This document shows positions 1 to 8,574 of a stretch of DNA of 46,005 nt, in pieces. Location: the NCBI GenBank assembly GCA_041615815.1, contig JBFJCP010000033.1, positions 1 through 46,005 on the forward strand. The letters are read 5' to 3'. Position 1 is the stretch's first letter. Each line of letters starts with the position of its first letter. The position numbers were made by a program, and so were the translations under genes. The notes beneath the pieces are model-generated. The model had not been told where the DNA came from, did no database searches, and saw only the letters and a list, made by a program, of their open reading frames with translations. Source of the DNA: Gemmatimonadales bacterium. GTDB taxonomy: Bacteria; Gemmatimonadota; Gemmatimonadetes; Gemmatimonadales; GWC2-71-9.

Positions 1-306
1 CGCGCGAACGTCTGCATCGAGCCGATCAAAGTGCTCCTGGCTCATGGGCTGATTCACGGCTCCCCACCAGATATCGTCGGAGGCGGTGTCCTGTACTACG
101 AACTTGTCCTTGGGCGATCGCCCCGTATGCGGCGTTGTGATTGCCACGAAGGGACCGGTCGCGAGCGCCACGCCCTCTTGACGTTTGATCGCCGCGTCGT
201 AGAGGGCTTCGGGATCCAGATTCCAATGGACGGTGCCCGAAGCCTCCAGCCCGGGGACCACGATCTGGTGCCGCGACATTCCTGCAGAGGATGATGATGA
301 AGCCAT
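1..306 (-). CDS. pckA: Phosphoenolpyruvate carboxykinase (ATP), 5' part; runs off the window edge
   Basis: Not in the ORF track; translated by hand from ATG at 306 (alternative ATG at 279): MASSSSSAGMSRHQIVVPGLEASGTVHWNLDPEALYDAAIKRQEGVALATGPFVAITTPHTGRSPKDKFVVQD...IWWGAVNQPM. HTGRSPKDKF is the PckA signature. Lies directly downstream of maeB. Confidence 0.92.
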   Translation of the reverse strand, partial: MASSSSSAGMSRHQIVVPGLEASGTVHWNLDPEALYDAAIKRQEGVALATGPFVAITTPHTGRSPKDKFVVQDTASDDIWWGAVNQPMSQEHFDRLDADVRA

Positions 307-354
307 GTCGGTCTTCTCTGAAAATGAAGATTGTGAAGAAGAGCGTCGGCCGGG

Positions 355-2616
355 CTATTCTCGGCTGTGGCGCGCCCGCTCCTGGGCGTCCACGGTGGCG
401 ATCACCGCCATATTCACGATGTCGCTCACGTCTGATCCGCGCTGAAGCACGTGCACCGGCCGTGCCATCCCGACCAAGATGGGTCCGATCGCCTGCGCTC
501 CACCCAGCCGCATCAGGAGCTTGTAGGTGATGTTCGCGGCGTTCAAGTCGGGGAAAACTAACACATTAGCCGCGGTGCGAAGCCGAGCGAAGGAATACCG
601 GGTCGAGAGGATCGAACTCGTGACCGCCGTATCCGCCTGCATCTCTCCATCCACCATCAATTGGGGATCGGTTTCGTGGAGTATCCGCACAGCCTCCGCC
701 ACCCGCTCGGAATGGGGGTGTCGCGCCGAGCCGAAGTTCGAGAACGAGAGCATCGCCACTCGGGGCTCGATGCCGAAATGCCAGACGAAATGGGCCGTGG
801 CGGCGGCGATCTCGGCCAGCCGCTGCGCATCAGGCTCGATGTTGACGGTGCAGTCGGCAAAAAAATAGGTCTCGTTCGGTAGGATCATCATGTAGATCCC
901 ACACAACGCGCTCCGGTCCGGCGCCATCCCGATCGTCTCGAGCGCCGGTCGAATGGTCTCGGGATAGTAGTGCTCCTCGCCACCCACGAGGGCGTCCACA
1001 TCTCCCTGCGCCAGCATGGCGCATCCGTAGTACATGGGCTCTCGCATGCGTTCACGTGCATCGGGAAGGGTTACGCCCTTGCGCCGCCGCCGCTCCCAAA
1101 ACCGGTGAGCGTACACCTCCACCTTTGGAGAGCGATGGGGATCCAATAGCTCTATTCCGTCGAGCTCCACACCAACTTCGTTTGCTTGTTGCTCGATGGC
1201 CTCACGCGCCCCTAACAAGATCGGGCGCGCGGTCGAGTCGTCCGCGAGCACCCGCGCAGCGCGAATGATCTTGGGCTCTTCCCCTTCGGGAAACACGATG
1301 CGTTTCGGATCGGCCTCGGCCCGCACAGAGAGCCCCCGCATGATGGCCCGCGCCCGACTCAAGCGACCCTCCAGCGTCGTCCGATACGTCTCGAGATCGA
1401 GGGTCAGCCCTGCCACGCCGGACTCCATGGCCGCCTCCGCAACCGCCGAGGCCACGACGATGAAGGCTCTAGGGTCGAACGGCTTCGGAATGATGTAATC
1501 CGGACCGAACCGGATGCGGTCGAGCCCGTAGGCCCGCATGACCGCGTCGGGCACGTCTTCTTTGGCGAGAGCCGCCAGGGCCCGCGTGGCCGCCATTTTC
1601 ATTTCCTCGTTGATCCCTCGGGCCCGAACGTCCAGCGCGCCGCGAAAGATGAACGGAAAGCCCAGCACGTTGTTGACCTGATTGGGAAAGTCCGAGCGCC
1701 CGGTAGCCACGATGGCATCGTCCCGCACCGCGGCGACCTCCGAGGGGAGGATCTCCGGTTCTGGATTGGCCAACGCAAAGATGATCGGCTTGGGTCCCAT
1801 CGCCTGGACCATCTCTCGAGTCACCAAACCACCCACCGACAGTCCAACGAACACGTCAGCGCCGTCGAGCAGCGCATCCAACGTGCGCGCCTTGGTGTCC
1901 CGCGCAAATTGCCGACGCCACTCGTCCAGGTCGGAGCGGCCGCTGTGAAGGACGCCGTCTTTGTCGAACATGGAGATATGCTCGTTGCGCACCCCGAGCC
2001 GCACGTAATGCCCGGCACTCGCTACCGCTGCGGCACCGGCTCCGGCAAACACGATGCGCACATCGTGAATGGGCTTCTCCACCAACTCGAGGGCGTTCAG
2101 CAGGGCGGCACCGGTGATGATCGCCGTCCCATGCTGGTCATCGTGGAAGACCGGGATCGAGAGCGTCTCCCGCAGTTCCTTCTCCACGCGAAAGCAGTCC
2201 GGTGCGCGGATGTCCTCGAGGTTGATACCGCCCACGGTAGGTTCGAGCAGCTGACAAAAACGCACCACGTCGGCGGGATCCTCCGATCCCACCTCGAGGT
2301 CGAAGACGTCGATATCGGCAAAGTGCTTGAAGAGAATGCCTTTCCCCTCCATCACCGGCTTGCCGGCCATGGCGCCAATATTCCCGAGTCCCAAAACAGC
2401 GGTCCCGTTCGAAACGACAGCCACGAGGTTCCCTCTGGCCGTGTAGCGGAACACGTCCTCGGGCCGGGCAGCGATCGCCTTGCAGGGCTCCGCCACCCCG
2501 GGCGTGTAGGCGAGGGAGAGATCCCGCTGGTCCTTGAACGGCTTGGAGGGGGTGACCTGGATCTTTCCCGGCCGGCCCTCCTCGTGATAATCGAGGGCAT
2601 CTTGGGGACGGATCAT
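355..2616 (-). CDS. maeB: NADP-dependent malic enzyme with C-terminal phosphotransacetylase-like domain
   Basis: Motifs [66 protein letters not shown]-terminal PTA domain ([16 protein letters not shown]); 753 aa. Confidence 0.97.
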   Translation of the reverse strand: MIRPQDALDYHEEGRPGKIQVTPSKPFKDQRDLSLAYTPGVAEPCKAIAARPEDVFRYTARGNLVAVVSNGTAVLGLGNIGAMAGKPVMEGKGILFKHFADIDVFDLEVGSEDPADVVRFCQLLEPTVGGINLEDIRAPDCFRVEKELRETLSIPVFHDDQHGTAIITGAALLNALELVEKPIHDVRIVFAGAGAAAVASAGHYVRLGVRNEHISMFDKDGVLHSGRSDLDEWRRQFARDTKARTLDALLDGADVFVGLSVGGLVTREMVQAMGPKPIIFALANPEPEILPSEVAAVRDDAIVATGRSDFPNQVNNVLGFPFIFRGALDVRARGINEEMKMAATRALAALAKEDVPDAVMRAYGLDRIRFGPDYIIPKPFDPRAFIVVASAVAEAAMESGVAGLTLDLETYRTTLEGRLSRARAIMRGLSVRAEADPKRIVFPEGEEPKIIRAARVLADDSTARPILLGAREAIEQQANEVGVELDGIELLDPHRSPKVEVYAHRFWERRRRKGVTLPDARERMREPMYYGCAMLAQGDVDALVGGEEHYYPETIRPALETIGMAPDRSALCGIYMMILPNETYFFADCTVNIEPDAQRLAEIAAATAHFVWHFGIEPRVAMLSFSNFGSARHPHSERVAEAVRILHETDPQLMVDGEMQADTAVTSSILSTRYSFARLRTAANVLVFPDLNAANITYKLLMRLGGAQAIGPILVGMARPVHVLQRGSDVSDIVNMAVIATVDAQERARHSRE

Positions 2617-2645
2617 GAATCTAAGTCCAGATTTAGCAAGGAGTT

Positions 2646-2674
2646 ATGGTAGCTGCCGGGAGGGGTGCTGTCAA
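2646..2674 (-). promoter_or_regulatory. Sigma70-type promoter for maeB-pckA
   Basis: Minus strand TTGACA (2674-2669), 17-bp spacer, TACCAT (2651-2646), about 30 nt upstream of the maeB ATG. Confidence 0.7.
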
Positions 2675-2743
2675 GAAAGGTGGTGGGGGGCCGGGTGACC
2701 GGTGGGCGACGCGGTCGACCGCCAAGACCCGAATCCCAGAGCG

Positions 2744-3418
2744 TCACCCAGTCCGCTCCCGGCCCCCGGTTCTCCGCTCCCCGTCGAGCGCGTCGATCAT
2801 GGCAACCCTCCGCTGGTGACGTCCCCCGGCAAACTGGGTTGTGAGGAACGTCCGCACGATCTCCCCGCCGAGACGCTCGCCAATGAGAGTCCCACCCAGG
2901 GTGAGTACGTTGGCATTGTTGTGCTCGCGGGCATTCCGCGCCGTGGTGAGGTCGTAGCACAGCGCCGCGCGTACTCCGGAGATCTTGTTCGCGACCATGG
3001 CACTGCCGATCCCCGCACCGTCCACCACGATCCCGAACCGGGTTTCTCCGCTCGACACCCGCTCTGCGACGCGCGCCGCGAACACGGGGTAGTCGACGGA
3101 ATCGGCGTTCTCACACCCTACGTCGAGGACCTCGAAACCCAGCTCGGCGATCACGGGCTTGAGGGCACTCTTGAGAGCGAACCCCCCGTGGTCCGATCCG
3201 ATTGTGACGGTTCGACGGGGAGCAGGGAGCGGGGAGCGGAAAGCGGGCCTGCCCACCTGCTCCCCGCCCTCTGCTCCCTGCTCCCCTTTTTCCAGCACCA
3301 CGCCCAGCCGTCGCGCCAGGTCGTGGGCTGCGGGGGTCACGATGGCTCGTTCCGGCAAACGGAGGCACCCTTGGGCGGCCGCCGCCCGCACGTCTCGCTC
3401 GGTAATGACTCGCGCCAT
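2744..3418 (-). CDS. rpiB: Ribose-5-phosphate isomerase B with extra N-terminal domain
   Basis: IGSDHGGFALK, SVDYP, DGAGIGSAMVANKISGVRAALC, AREHNNANVLTLG, FAGGRHQRRV; about 70 extra N-terminal residues. Confidence 0.93.
   Translation of the reverse strand: MARVITERDVRAAAAQGCLRLPERAIVTPAAHDLARRLGVVLEKGEQGAEGGEQVGRPAFRSPLPAPRRTVTIGSDHGGFALKSALKPVIAELGFEVLDVGCENADSVDYPVFAARVAERVSSGETRFGIVVDGAGIGSAMVANKISGVRAALCYDLTTARNAREHNNANVLTLGGTLIGERLGGEIVRTFLTTQFAGGRHQRRVAMIDALDGERRTGGRERTG
3217..3286. repeat. Imperfect inverted repeat made of 7-bp units, inside rpiB
   Basis: GGGAGCA GGGAGCG GGGAGCG GAAAGCG ... TGCTCCC CGCCCTC TGCTCCC TGCTCCC. Confidence 0.85.
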
Positions 3419-3466
3419 GGTGGAGAGAATGTAGCATCCCGCCCCGCACGGATCACGCCGACGCGG

Positions 3467-4363
3467 TCACTCGTCCGTTCCTCTGATCGCGGCGGTATGG
3501 AGGGACGCTGAGCCGGCATCCTCTGGGAAAGGCCGACGGAGAATGGCACGAATCGCAAATGCCAAGAGGAGTGCCACCGCGAAGGACACCACGACCACCG
3601 GACCCGTGGGCAGGTCCGTCACGTAGGAAGCGAAGAGGCCGGCGACGCTTGCGGCGGTTCCGGTGGTCAAGGCAATCGCCAAGAGCGGGCCCGGCTTCGT
3701 CGTGAACAGAAAGGCGATCACGGCGGGGATCACGAGAAAGCTGAATACGAGGAGGACACCGGCGATGGCCACCGAGGAAGTCACCACCACACCAAACAAT
3801 CCGTAGAACAGGAAATCCCACCAGCCAATGCGCCATGCTCGCTGCTTGGCGTTGCCAGGGTCCAGCGAAATCGTGAGAAATCGATCTCGGAGGAACCAGT
3901 GCACGGCGCCGATGACCGCGTAGATGCCAGCGGTCTTCCAAATCTGCGGCCACGTGACCCATAGGAGACTGCCGGTGAGTAGTTGCTCGACGTGCTCGGA
4001 TCCACGGGGGGCCTGCGCGGCCAGAAGGATCGTGGCGGCAGAAGCCACGACGTACACGATGCCGATGATCGCCTCTTGGGGAACGAACCGGTGTTCCATC
4101 CGGCTGACACTGAGGAGTGCAGCGGCGACCAACGTGGCCCCCAGTCCGATTCCGTATCCGGCGGCATCGGCCGAAATTCCCAACATCGCCTCCAGCCGGT
4201 GCGAGAGCCCGAGATTCGCGGCGGCCCAGCCCATCGCGGCCACCTGGGCGAGCGCGAGGTCCACGAAGATCACACCTCGTGCGATGATGTGAATGCCCAG
4301 ATAGCCGTGGAGTGCCACCAGAACGAGCGACGCCACGAGCGCCGGGAGCATCAGGTCGAACAC
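3467..4363 (-). CDS. Metal (Zn/Mn) ABC transporter permease, ZnuB/ABC-3 family
   Basis: Highly hydrophobic; YLGIHIIARGVIFVDLALAQVAA, EAIIGIVY, LLTGSLLWV, GVLLVFSFLVIPA, DLPTGPVVV. Confidence 0.9.
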   Translation of the reverse strand: MFDLMLPALVASLVLVALHGYLGIHIIARGVIFVDLALAQVAAMGWAAANLGLSHRLEAMLGISADAAGYGIGLGATLVAAALLSVSRMEHRFVPQEAIIGIVYVVASAATILLAAQAPRGSEHVEQLLTGSLLWVTWPQIWKTAGIYAVIGAVHWFLRDRFLTISLDPGNAKQRAWRIGWWDFLFYGLFGVVVTSSVAIAGVLLVFSFLVIPAVIAFLFTTKPGPLLAIALTTGTAASVAGLFASYVTDLPTGPVVVVSFAVALLLAFAIRAILRRPFPEDAGSASLHTAAIRGTDE

Positions 4364-4406
4364 GGGACCCCCAAAGAAGTCACAAGATCAGGAATGCCGT
4401 CTGTCC

Positions 4407-5480
4407 TCAATCCGGGTGCCGCGCCTCAGCTGCCGTGGCCGCGAAGGCGGCGGACAGTCGCTGGATCCAAATGTCGATCAAGGCAAAGTAATCCTCGACC
4501 CCGTCCTCGCCTGCCACGTGTTCGGGGACGATAACGGCACGGACACCGGCGCGATTCGCGACGCGCTCCACCTGTCCGCGGCTGTAATAATTCGCGGCGA
4601 GCAACGTGGCAATGCGTTCCCGCTTGATGAAGTCGATCACGTCACGAACATGCCCGGGCGAAGGGGGAATGCCCGGCTTCGGCTCCACGAACATGGCGCA
4701 GTCGATTCGGAAACGTGCGCTGAAGTACGCCCAATTCTTGTGATAGCACACAATCCTTGTGTCTCGGAACGTTTCGGCCTCGGCCAGCCACCCGCCCACA
4801 TACGAAGTCAGGGGCTGGCCCTCGAACGTTTGTTTCCGTGCGAACTCCCAGAATCCGTACCCCCGTGCCAAGTCGAACACGGTGGCTCCGCCGAGGAGGT
4901 CGATCAGACGATCGCCGAAGGTTCTGCGCAAGATCCGATCCTCAAATGCCTTCAGATTGGCATCGTAGGTAGCACCGTTTGCAGGATCGACCCGCTTGAG
5001 GCCGTTCACGATGTTGCGGGCAATGATGATGGCGTTCACTGGGTCGGCGTGTATGTGGGGATTGCCGAACACGTGGACGTCACCGCCGGTTCTCGAGACG
5101 ACTTCCGGGATCTCCAGCAGCTTGACACCGGAATAGGCCACCACGTGACCAGGAGCCCCTTCGATCACCTTGGGATTGCTGGCCCGATCGAGCAGCGCCG
5201 GGACCCAGAGCTCGAGGTCGAGTCCCGTCGTCACGAACAGGTCTGCCCGCTGGATCATCGCCGCGTAACTCGGGCGGGGATTCACGAAATGGGGATCTTC
5301 GTCACCGCGCGCAATGGCGCTCACCTCACCCAGATCTCCCATGACCTCTCGCGTAATGGCGGCGTAGGTTGGAAGGGTCGTGACGACGCGAACCTTGTTT
5401 TGGGCGAGCGCGATCGTCGGGAGGGCGCCGAGGACCCCGAGGACCGCCAGGGCGATCGATCTCATGCGTGGGTAGATCAT
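4407..5480 (-). CDS. Metal ABC transporter substrate-binding protein, ZnuA/TroA family
   Basis: Signal peptide; VVTT, EDPHF, ADLFVTTGLDLE, GNPHIH, YHKNWAYF, EPKPGIPPSPGH. Start chosen at ATG 5480 (GAGG upstream); 5465 is an alternative. Confidence 0.9.
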   Translation of the reverse strand: MIYPRMRSIALAVLGVLGALPTIALAQNKVRVVTTLPTYAAITREVMGDLGEVSAIARGDEDPHFVNPRPSYAAMIQRADLFVTTGLDLELWVPALLDRASNPKVIEGAPGHVVAYSGVKLLEIPEVVSRTGGDVHVFGNPHIHADPVNAIIIARNIVNGLKRVDPANGATYDANLKAFEDRILRRTFGDRLIDLLGGATVFDLARGYGFWEFARKQTFEGQPLTSYVGGWLAEAETFRDTRIVCYHKNWAYFSARFRIDCAMFVEPKPGIPPSPGHVRDVIDFIKRERIATLLAANYYSRGQVERVANRAGVRAVIVPEHVAGEDGVEDYFALIDIWIQRLSAAFAATAAEARHPD

Positions 5481-5487
5481 CACAGCC

Positions 5488-6789
5488 TCAATACGTCTCA
5501 TGTTTGTGTGGGCCGAACGCCCAGACGGTCTGGAAAAGCACCGTGTGATTGCCCCCCAGCCCGTCGGGTTTCAGGTAGTTGTACTGCAGCCGTAGGCGTA
5601 CCCATTCGCTCTGCCACCATGTGATGCTAGGTGCGATCTGCACGATGTCTGGTTGCGTGCCAAAGGGATCGAGCACGTCCACCCGGGTTCCGAGTATCCA
5701 GCGCCGGCCCGCACGGAGATTGGCCTGGGCGTATCCACCGGATCCCACCAGCTCACCGCCGGCCACCCCAAAGTCCTTCTCGACGAAGTACCACTCGCCC
5801 TTGAGCTGGAAATCACGGTAGAGCGCCTTTCCGGTGGGGGTGTATCGATAGAATACGTCGATGCCGAGGAGCCGACTGTCGAGGCTCGCGTCGGTGTTCT
5901 GCCCGTATACTCCCGTGGCGCCGAGTTGCAGGGTGCTCGGCCCGAAGTCCCAGAAACTCTGGAAGCGGCCCAAGTAACTGATCTCGCTGCCGCCGTCGAA
6001 CAGTGCCTCGTTGTTTCCGAGCGTGACCTGAAACAACGCGGTTTGGGTGGACGGTCCCAGAGGGAACGAGGGGAGCGTCACACCTCCACCGGTTTGAATC
6101 AGACCATCTTCCCCGAGGAACGTCATGGCCGCGAGGGGGCGCTCGACCTCCAACAACGCGTGGGTGTGCCAGCGATTATAGAGCCCGATGTCCTGACGGA
6201 ATTTTCCGATCTTGAGGCCGAGGCCACCCGGCAAGCCCACCCAGTACATGTAGCCTTCTTCGATCTCGAACCGGCCGCCCTCCTCCTCGCCCTCTGCTTC
6301 GGGGAAGCCTGCGATCTCGAAATCCTCTTCGCGAGCGATGAAGATTTTGGCATGCGTGTATGGATCGAGCGCCGCTTGAAAGGAGAACTCGAACTCCCGC
6401 GGGGTACTCGCGAACCGGTGGCCTTCGCCATCAGGCTTCGTGAAGTTTCCGACTATATCTCCGGTCGCACTGATCTCTGGATTGAGAATCGAGAGATTGC
6501 GGGTTCGACTCTCCTGTTGAGCCGATGTATCGGGTGCCGCCTGTGCGGCGGCCTCGGCGGCCTGCGCCGCCGCCGCCCGCAACTGGGCGAGTTCGTCTAT
6601 CGCCGCCGTGGTATCCCGGCCCTGTTGGATGAGCTGCCGGAGTAGCCGTTCCAGCGAATCCAAACGCGCTTTGAGCTGGCGAATTTCTTGTTCCAAGGAG
6701 TCGGCTCGTTGCCGGTCCACCTGCGCTTCGAGTGGGTTCCCGATGAGGGTGACGGCGACGAGCGCGCTCAACACTAGCGTGCCTTGCAT
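5488..6789 (-). CDS. Outer-membrane beta-barrel protein with N-terminal coiled coil, probable metal uptake porin
   Basis: SD AGGGAG before ATG 6789; signal peptide MQGTLVLSALVAVTLIGNPLEAQ; coiled coil; LNPEISATGD, IEEGY, GKFRQDIGLYNRWHTH; amphipathic beta strands; His-containing C-terminus FGPHKHETY. The longer 7137 start in the track is unlikely. Confidence 0.8.
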   Translation of the reverse strand: MQGTLVLSALVAVTLIGNPLEAQVDRQRADSLEQEIRQLKARLDSLERLLRQLIQQGRDTTAAIDELAQLRAAAAQAAEAAAQAAPDTSAQQESRTRNLSILNPEISATGDIVGNFTKPDGEGHRFASTPREFEFSFQAALDPYTHAKIFIAREEDFEIAGFPEAEGEEEGGRFEIEEGYMYWVGLPGGLGLKIGKFRQDIGLYNRWHTHALLEVERPLAAMTFLGEDGLIQTGGGVTLPSFPLGPSTQTALFQVTLGNNEALFDGGSEISYLGRFQSFWDFGPSTLQLGATGVYGQNTDASLDSRLLGIDVFYRYTPTGKALYRDFQLKGEWYFVEKDFGVAGGELVGSGGYAQANLRAGRRWILGTRVDVLDPFGTQPDIVQIAPSITWWQSEWVRLRLQYNYLKPDGLGGNHTVLFQTVWAFGPHKHETY

Positions 6790-6875
6790 GCGCTCCCTTG
6801 CTCCTATTCCGTCGATGGATTCGGCCGGCGCGAATATTGGCGCCGGCATCGCGGTTACCGCGTGGGAGGAGCGCG
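6790..6875 (-). promoter_or_regulatory. Putative translational attenuator: RAPP codons pair with the downstream SD; two internal hairpins
   Basis: mRNA GCGCUCCU (6874-6867, in the R-A-P codons) is complementary to GGGAGCGC (6797-6790, SD immediately before the porin ATG). Hairpins CGCGG-UAA-CCGCG (6862-6850) and GCCGGCGC-N8-GCGCCGGC (6847-6824). Confidence 0.6.
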
Positions 6876-7196
6876 GGCGCTGAGGGCGCCGAGGGGGTCC
6901 GGTCGAACGTAGGGGGCACGATCTGGGGTGATCGGGGTCATCCAGTTGGTGGCTTGCTCGGTGGTCCGGTGTACGACCGCAGCCGCGGCGAAATGGTACG
7001 CGCCGCCCGGGACACACAACGCGTCGGAGTGCAGGCGCGCGCAATCGTCGGTGTGCCCGGCCTCCACCGCCGATTGGGCGGCGATGACCTCGAACTGGGC
7101 GTGGATCGATGGCAGGAGCGCCCAGCTCAAGAGACACAGCATGATGAGCGGCGAGCCCGGCGTACCGGGCTGCGCTCTCCAGTCTCGGGGCCTCAT
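6855..7196 (-). CDS. Small leader protein with hydrophobic segment, His/Cys cluster and C-terminal RAPP motif (DUF2946/CruR-like arrest peptide)
   Basis: ...LIMLCLLSWALLPSIHA...GHTDDCARLHSDALC...PDPLGALSARAPPTR*. Start uncertain (7208, 7196 or a later Met). Confidence 0.7.
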   Translation of the reverse strand: MRPRDWRAQPGTPGSPLIMLCLLSWALLPSIHAQFEVIAAQSAVEAGHTDDCARLHSDALCVPGGAYHFAAAAVVHRTTEQATNWMTPITPDRAPYVRPDPLGALSARAPPTR

Positions 7197-7249
7197 CGTA
7201 GCATTCATTATAACGGTTCGGTGGCCACGGGGATCCGGGAGCTTCTCGG

Positions 7250-8440
7250 TCAGCGGGCCGAGCGCATACTGCTTCCCGAGATTCTCTCCATCAACAGCTC
7301 GCCCACACGCGTATTCCGAATGAGTCCCCCAAAATGCTCGGCGCCCGGGCCAATGGCAAAAAGTGGGATCATCTCTGCGGTATGGGCGATCGTTGTGTAT
7401 GCCTCCCGGAAGGTGCCGGTGCTGTCGAACTGGAGTGCGAGACCTCCGGTCTCATGATCGGCAACCACGACGACCAGGGTCTCGGGGTGTCGGGCTTGGT
7501 AATCCAGTGCCACGCCCACGGCACGATCCAGATCCAGCATCTCGGCCTCGACGGTCGCCAGCGGCTGGTTGCCATGGCCGCGCCAGTCCGGTTGCGATCC
7601 CTCCACCATGAGGAAGAATCCCTCCGGGTCCTTGTCCAGCACCCGAAGCGCCGCCTCCGTCATCTCTGGCAGGGTAGGGGACCGGTCCGGGACCCATGCG
7701 GTGTCGGCCACGGTGAACGAGGAGTCGAGCATACCGCTTTCGCCATCGGGAATCGGGATCACCTCTTGGCGCGTCGTCACCTCAGGCCGCACGGCCCCGG
7801 GCATGTGACTCACCGCAAACATGCCGAACAACGCGCGGACGGTATCGAGTTCGAGAGACCGGAGCTCCAGTGGTGTCTCGATGTAGGTGTAACGTTCGAG
7901 GATCTGTGAGCGGAGATCCAACGAATCCGGCCGCTGCGCGGCATCGTAAATGGCTGCACCACCGCCCATCACGACGGTCACGTCGTGCTCCAGGATTTGC
8001 TTTCCGATCTCCCACTCCAATAACCGGCTGGATACGTGTGCGGCGAATGACGCCGGCGTCGCGTGGGTGATGCGGGAGGTGGCGATGAGACCGGTCGACA
8101 TGCCGCGCTTCTGCGCGACTTCGAGGACCGTCTCGAGCGCCGTGGTATCCGGTCCCACCCCGATGGCCCCATTATAGGTCCGCACCCCCGTCGCGTAGGT
8201 TGTCGCGCTCGAGGCGCTATCGGTCACTTTGCTATCGGAGGATTGCGTATCCACCAATCCCACAACCGGAAAGGCCTGCGCCGCAAGAGAATCTGCAGCC
8301 ATCCAGGCCGCGGTCCAATACGCGATGCCGGCCCCGTCCCCGATGAAGAGGATCACCCGCGTGGGCGCGTCCTGGGCACCGAGCGGTATGGCGGCACCCA
8401 TCCATCCCAACACGGTCCCGGCCAATAGCAATCGTCTCAT
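7250..8440 (-). CDS. phoA: Alkaline phosphatase (PhoA family), secreted
   Basis: Signal peptide; VILFIGDG, VTDSASSAT (catalytic Ser), THATPASF, GFFLMVEGSQPDWRGH, VVADHETGG, HTAE. Confidence 0.92.
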   Translation of the reverse strand: MRRLLLAGTVLGWMGAAIPLGAQDAPTRVILFIGDGAGIAYWTAAWMAADSLAAQAFPVVGLVDTQSSDSKVTDSASSATTYATGVRTYNGAIGVGPDTTALETVLEVAQKRGMSTGLIATSRITHATPASFAAHVSSRLLEWEIGKQILEHDVTVVMGGGAAIYDAAQRPDSLDLRSQILERYTYIETPLELRSLELDTVRALFGMFAVSHMPGAVRPEVTTRQEVIPIPDGESGMLDSSFTVADTAWVPDRSPTLPEMTEAALRVLDKDPEGFFLMVEGSQPDWRGHGNQPLATVEAEMLDLDRAVGVALDYQARHPETLVVVVADHETGGLALQFDSTGTFREAYTTIAHTAEMIPLFAIGPGAEHFGGLIRNTRVGELLMERISGSSMRSAR

Positions 8441-8574
8441 CGTTCAGATGCCCTCATCTCGGTTCGTCAGTGCGGCAAGTGCTACCGTTCGGTTGTACCC
8501 ACCTGTGACCAAATCGCTCCACCTTCTGCCCCGGCTATGGCACGCTGCGTGGTCGGCTTGCTGCCTTCCGCCCT

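Noticed and set aside
26..445. Short track ORFs at the left edge (26-226, 31-294, 233-445)
   Set aside because: Shadow frames of the real pckA 5' end (306 to 1, minus strand), which the track missed because it has no stop in the window.
4416..6645. Long plus-strand ORFs (4416-5624, 5653-6645)
   Set aside because: Antisense shadows of the SBP and barrel genes, typical of high-GC DNA; no recognisable motifs.
6790..7137. Extended 549-aa start for the barrel gene
   Set aside because: The signal peptide and SD place the start at 6789; the extension overlaps the RAPP leader in another frame.
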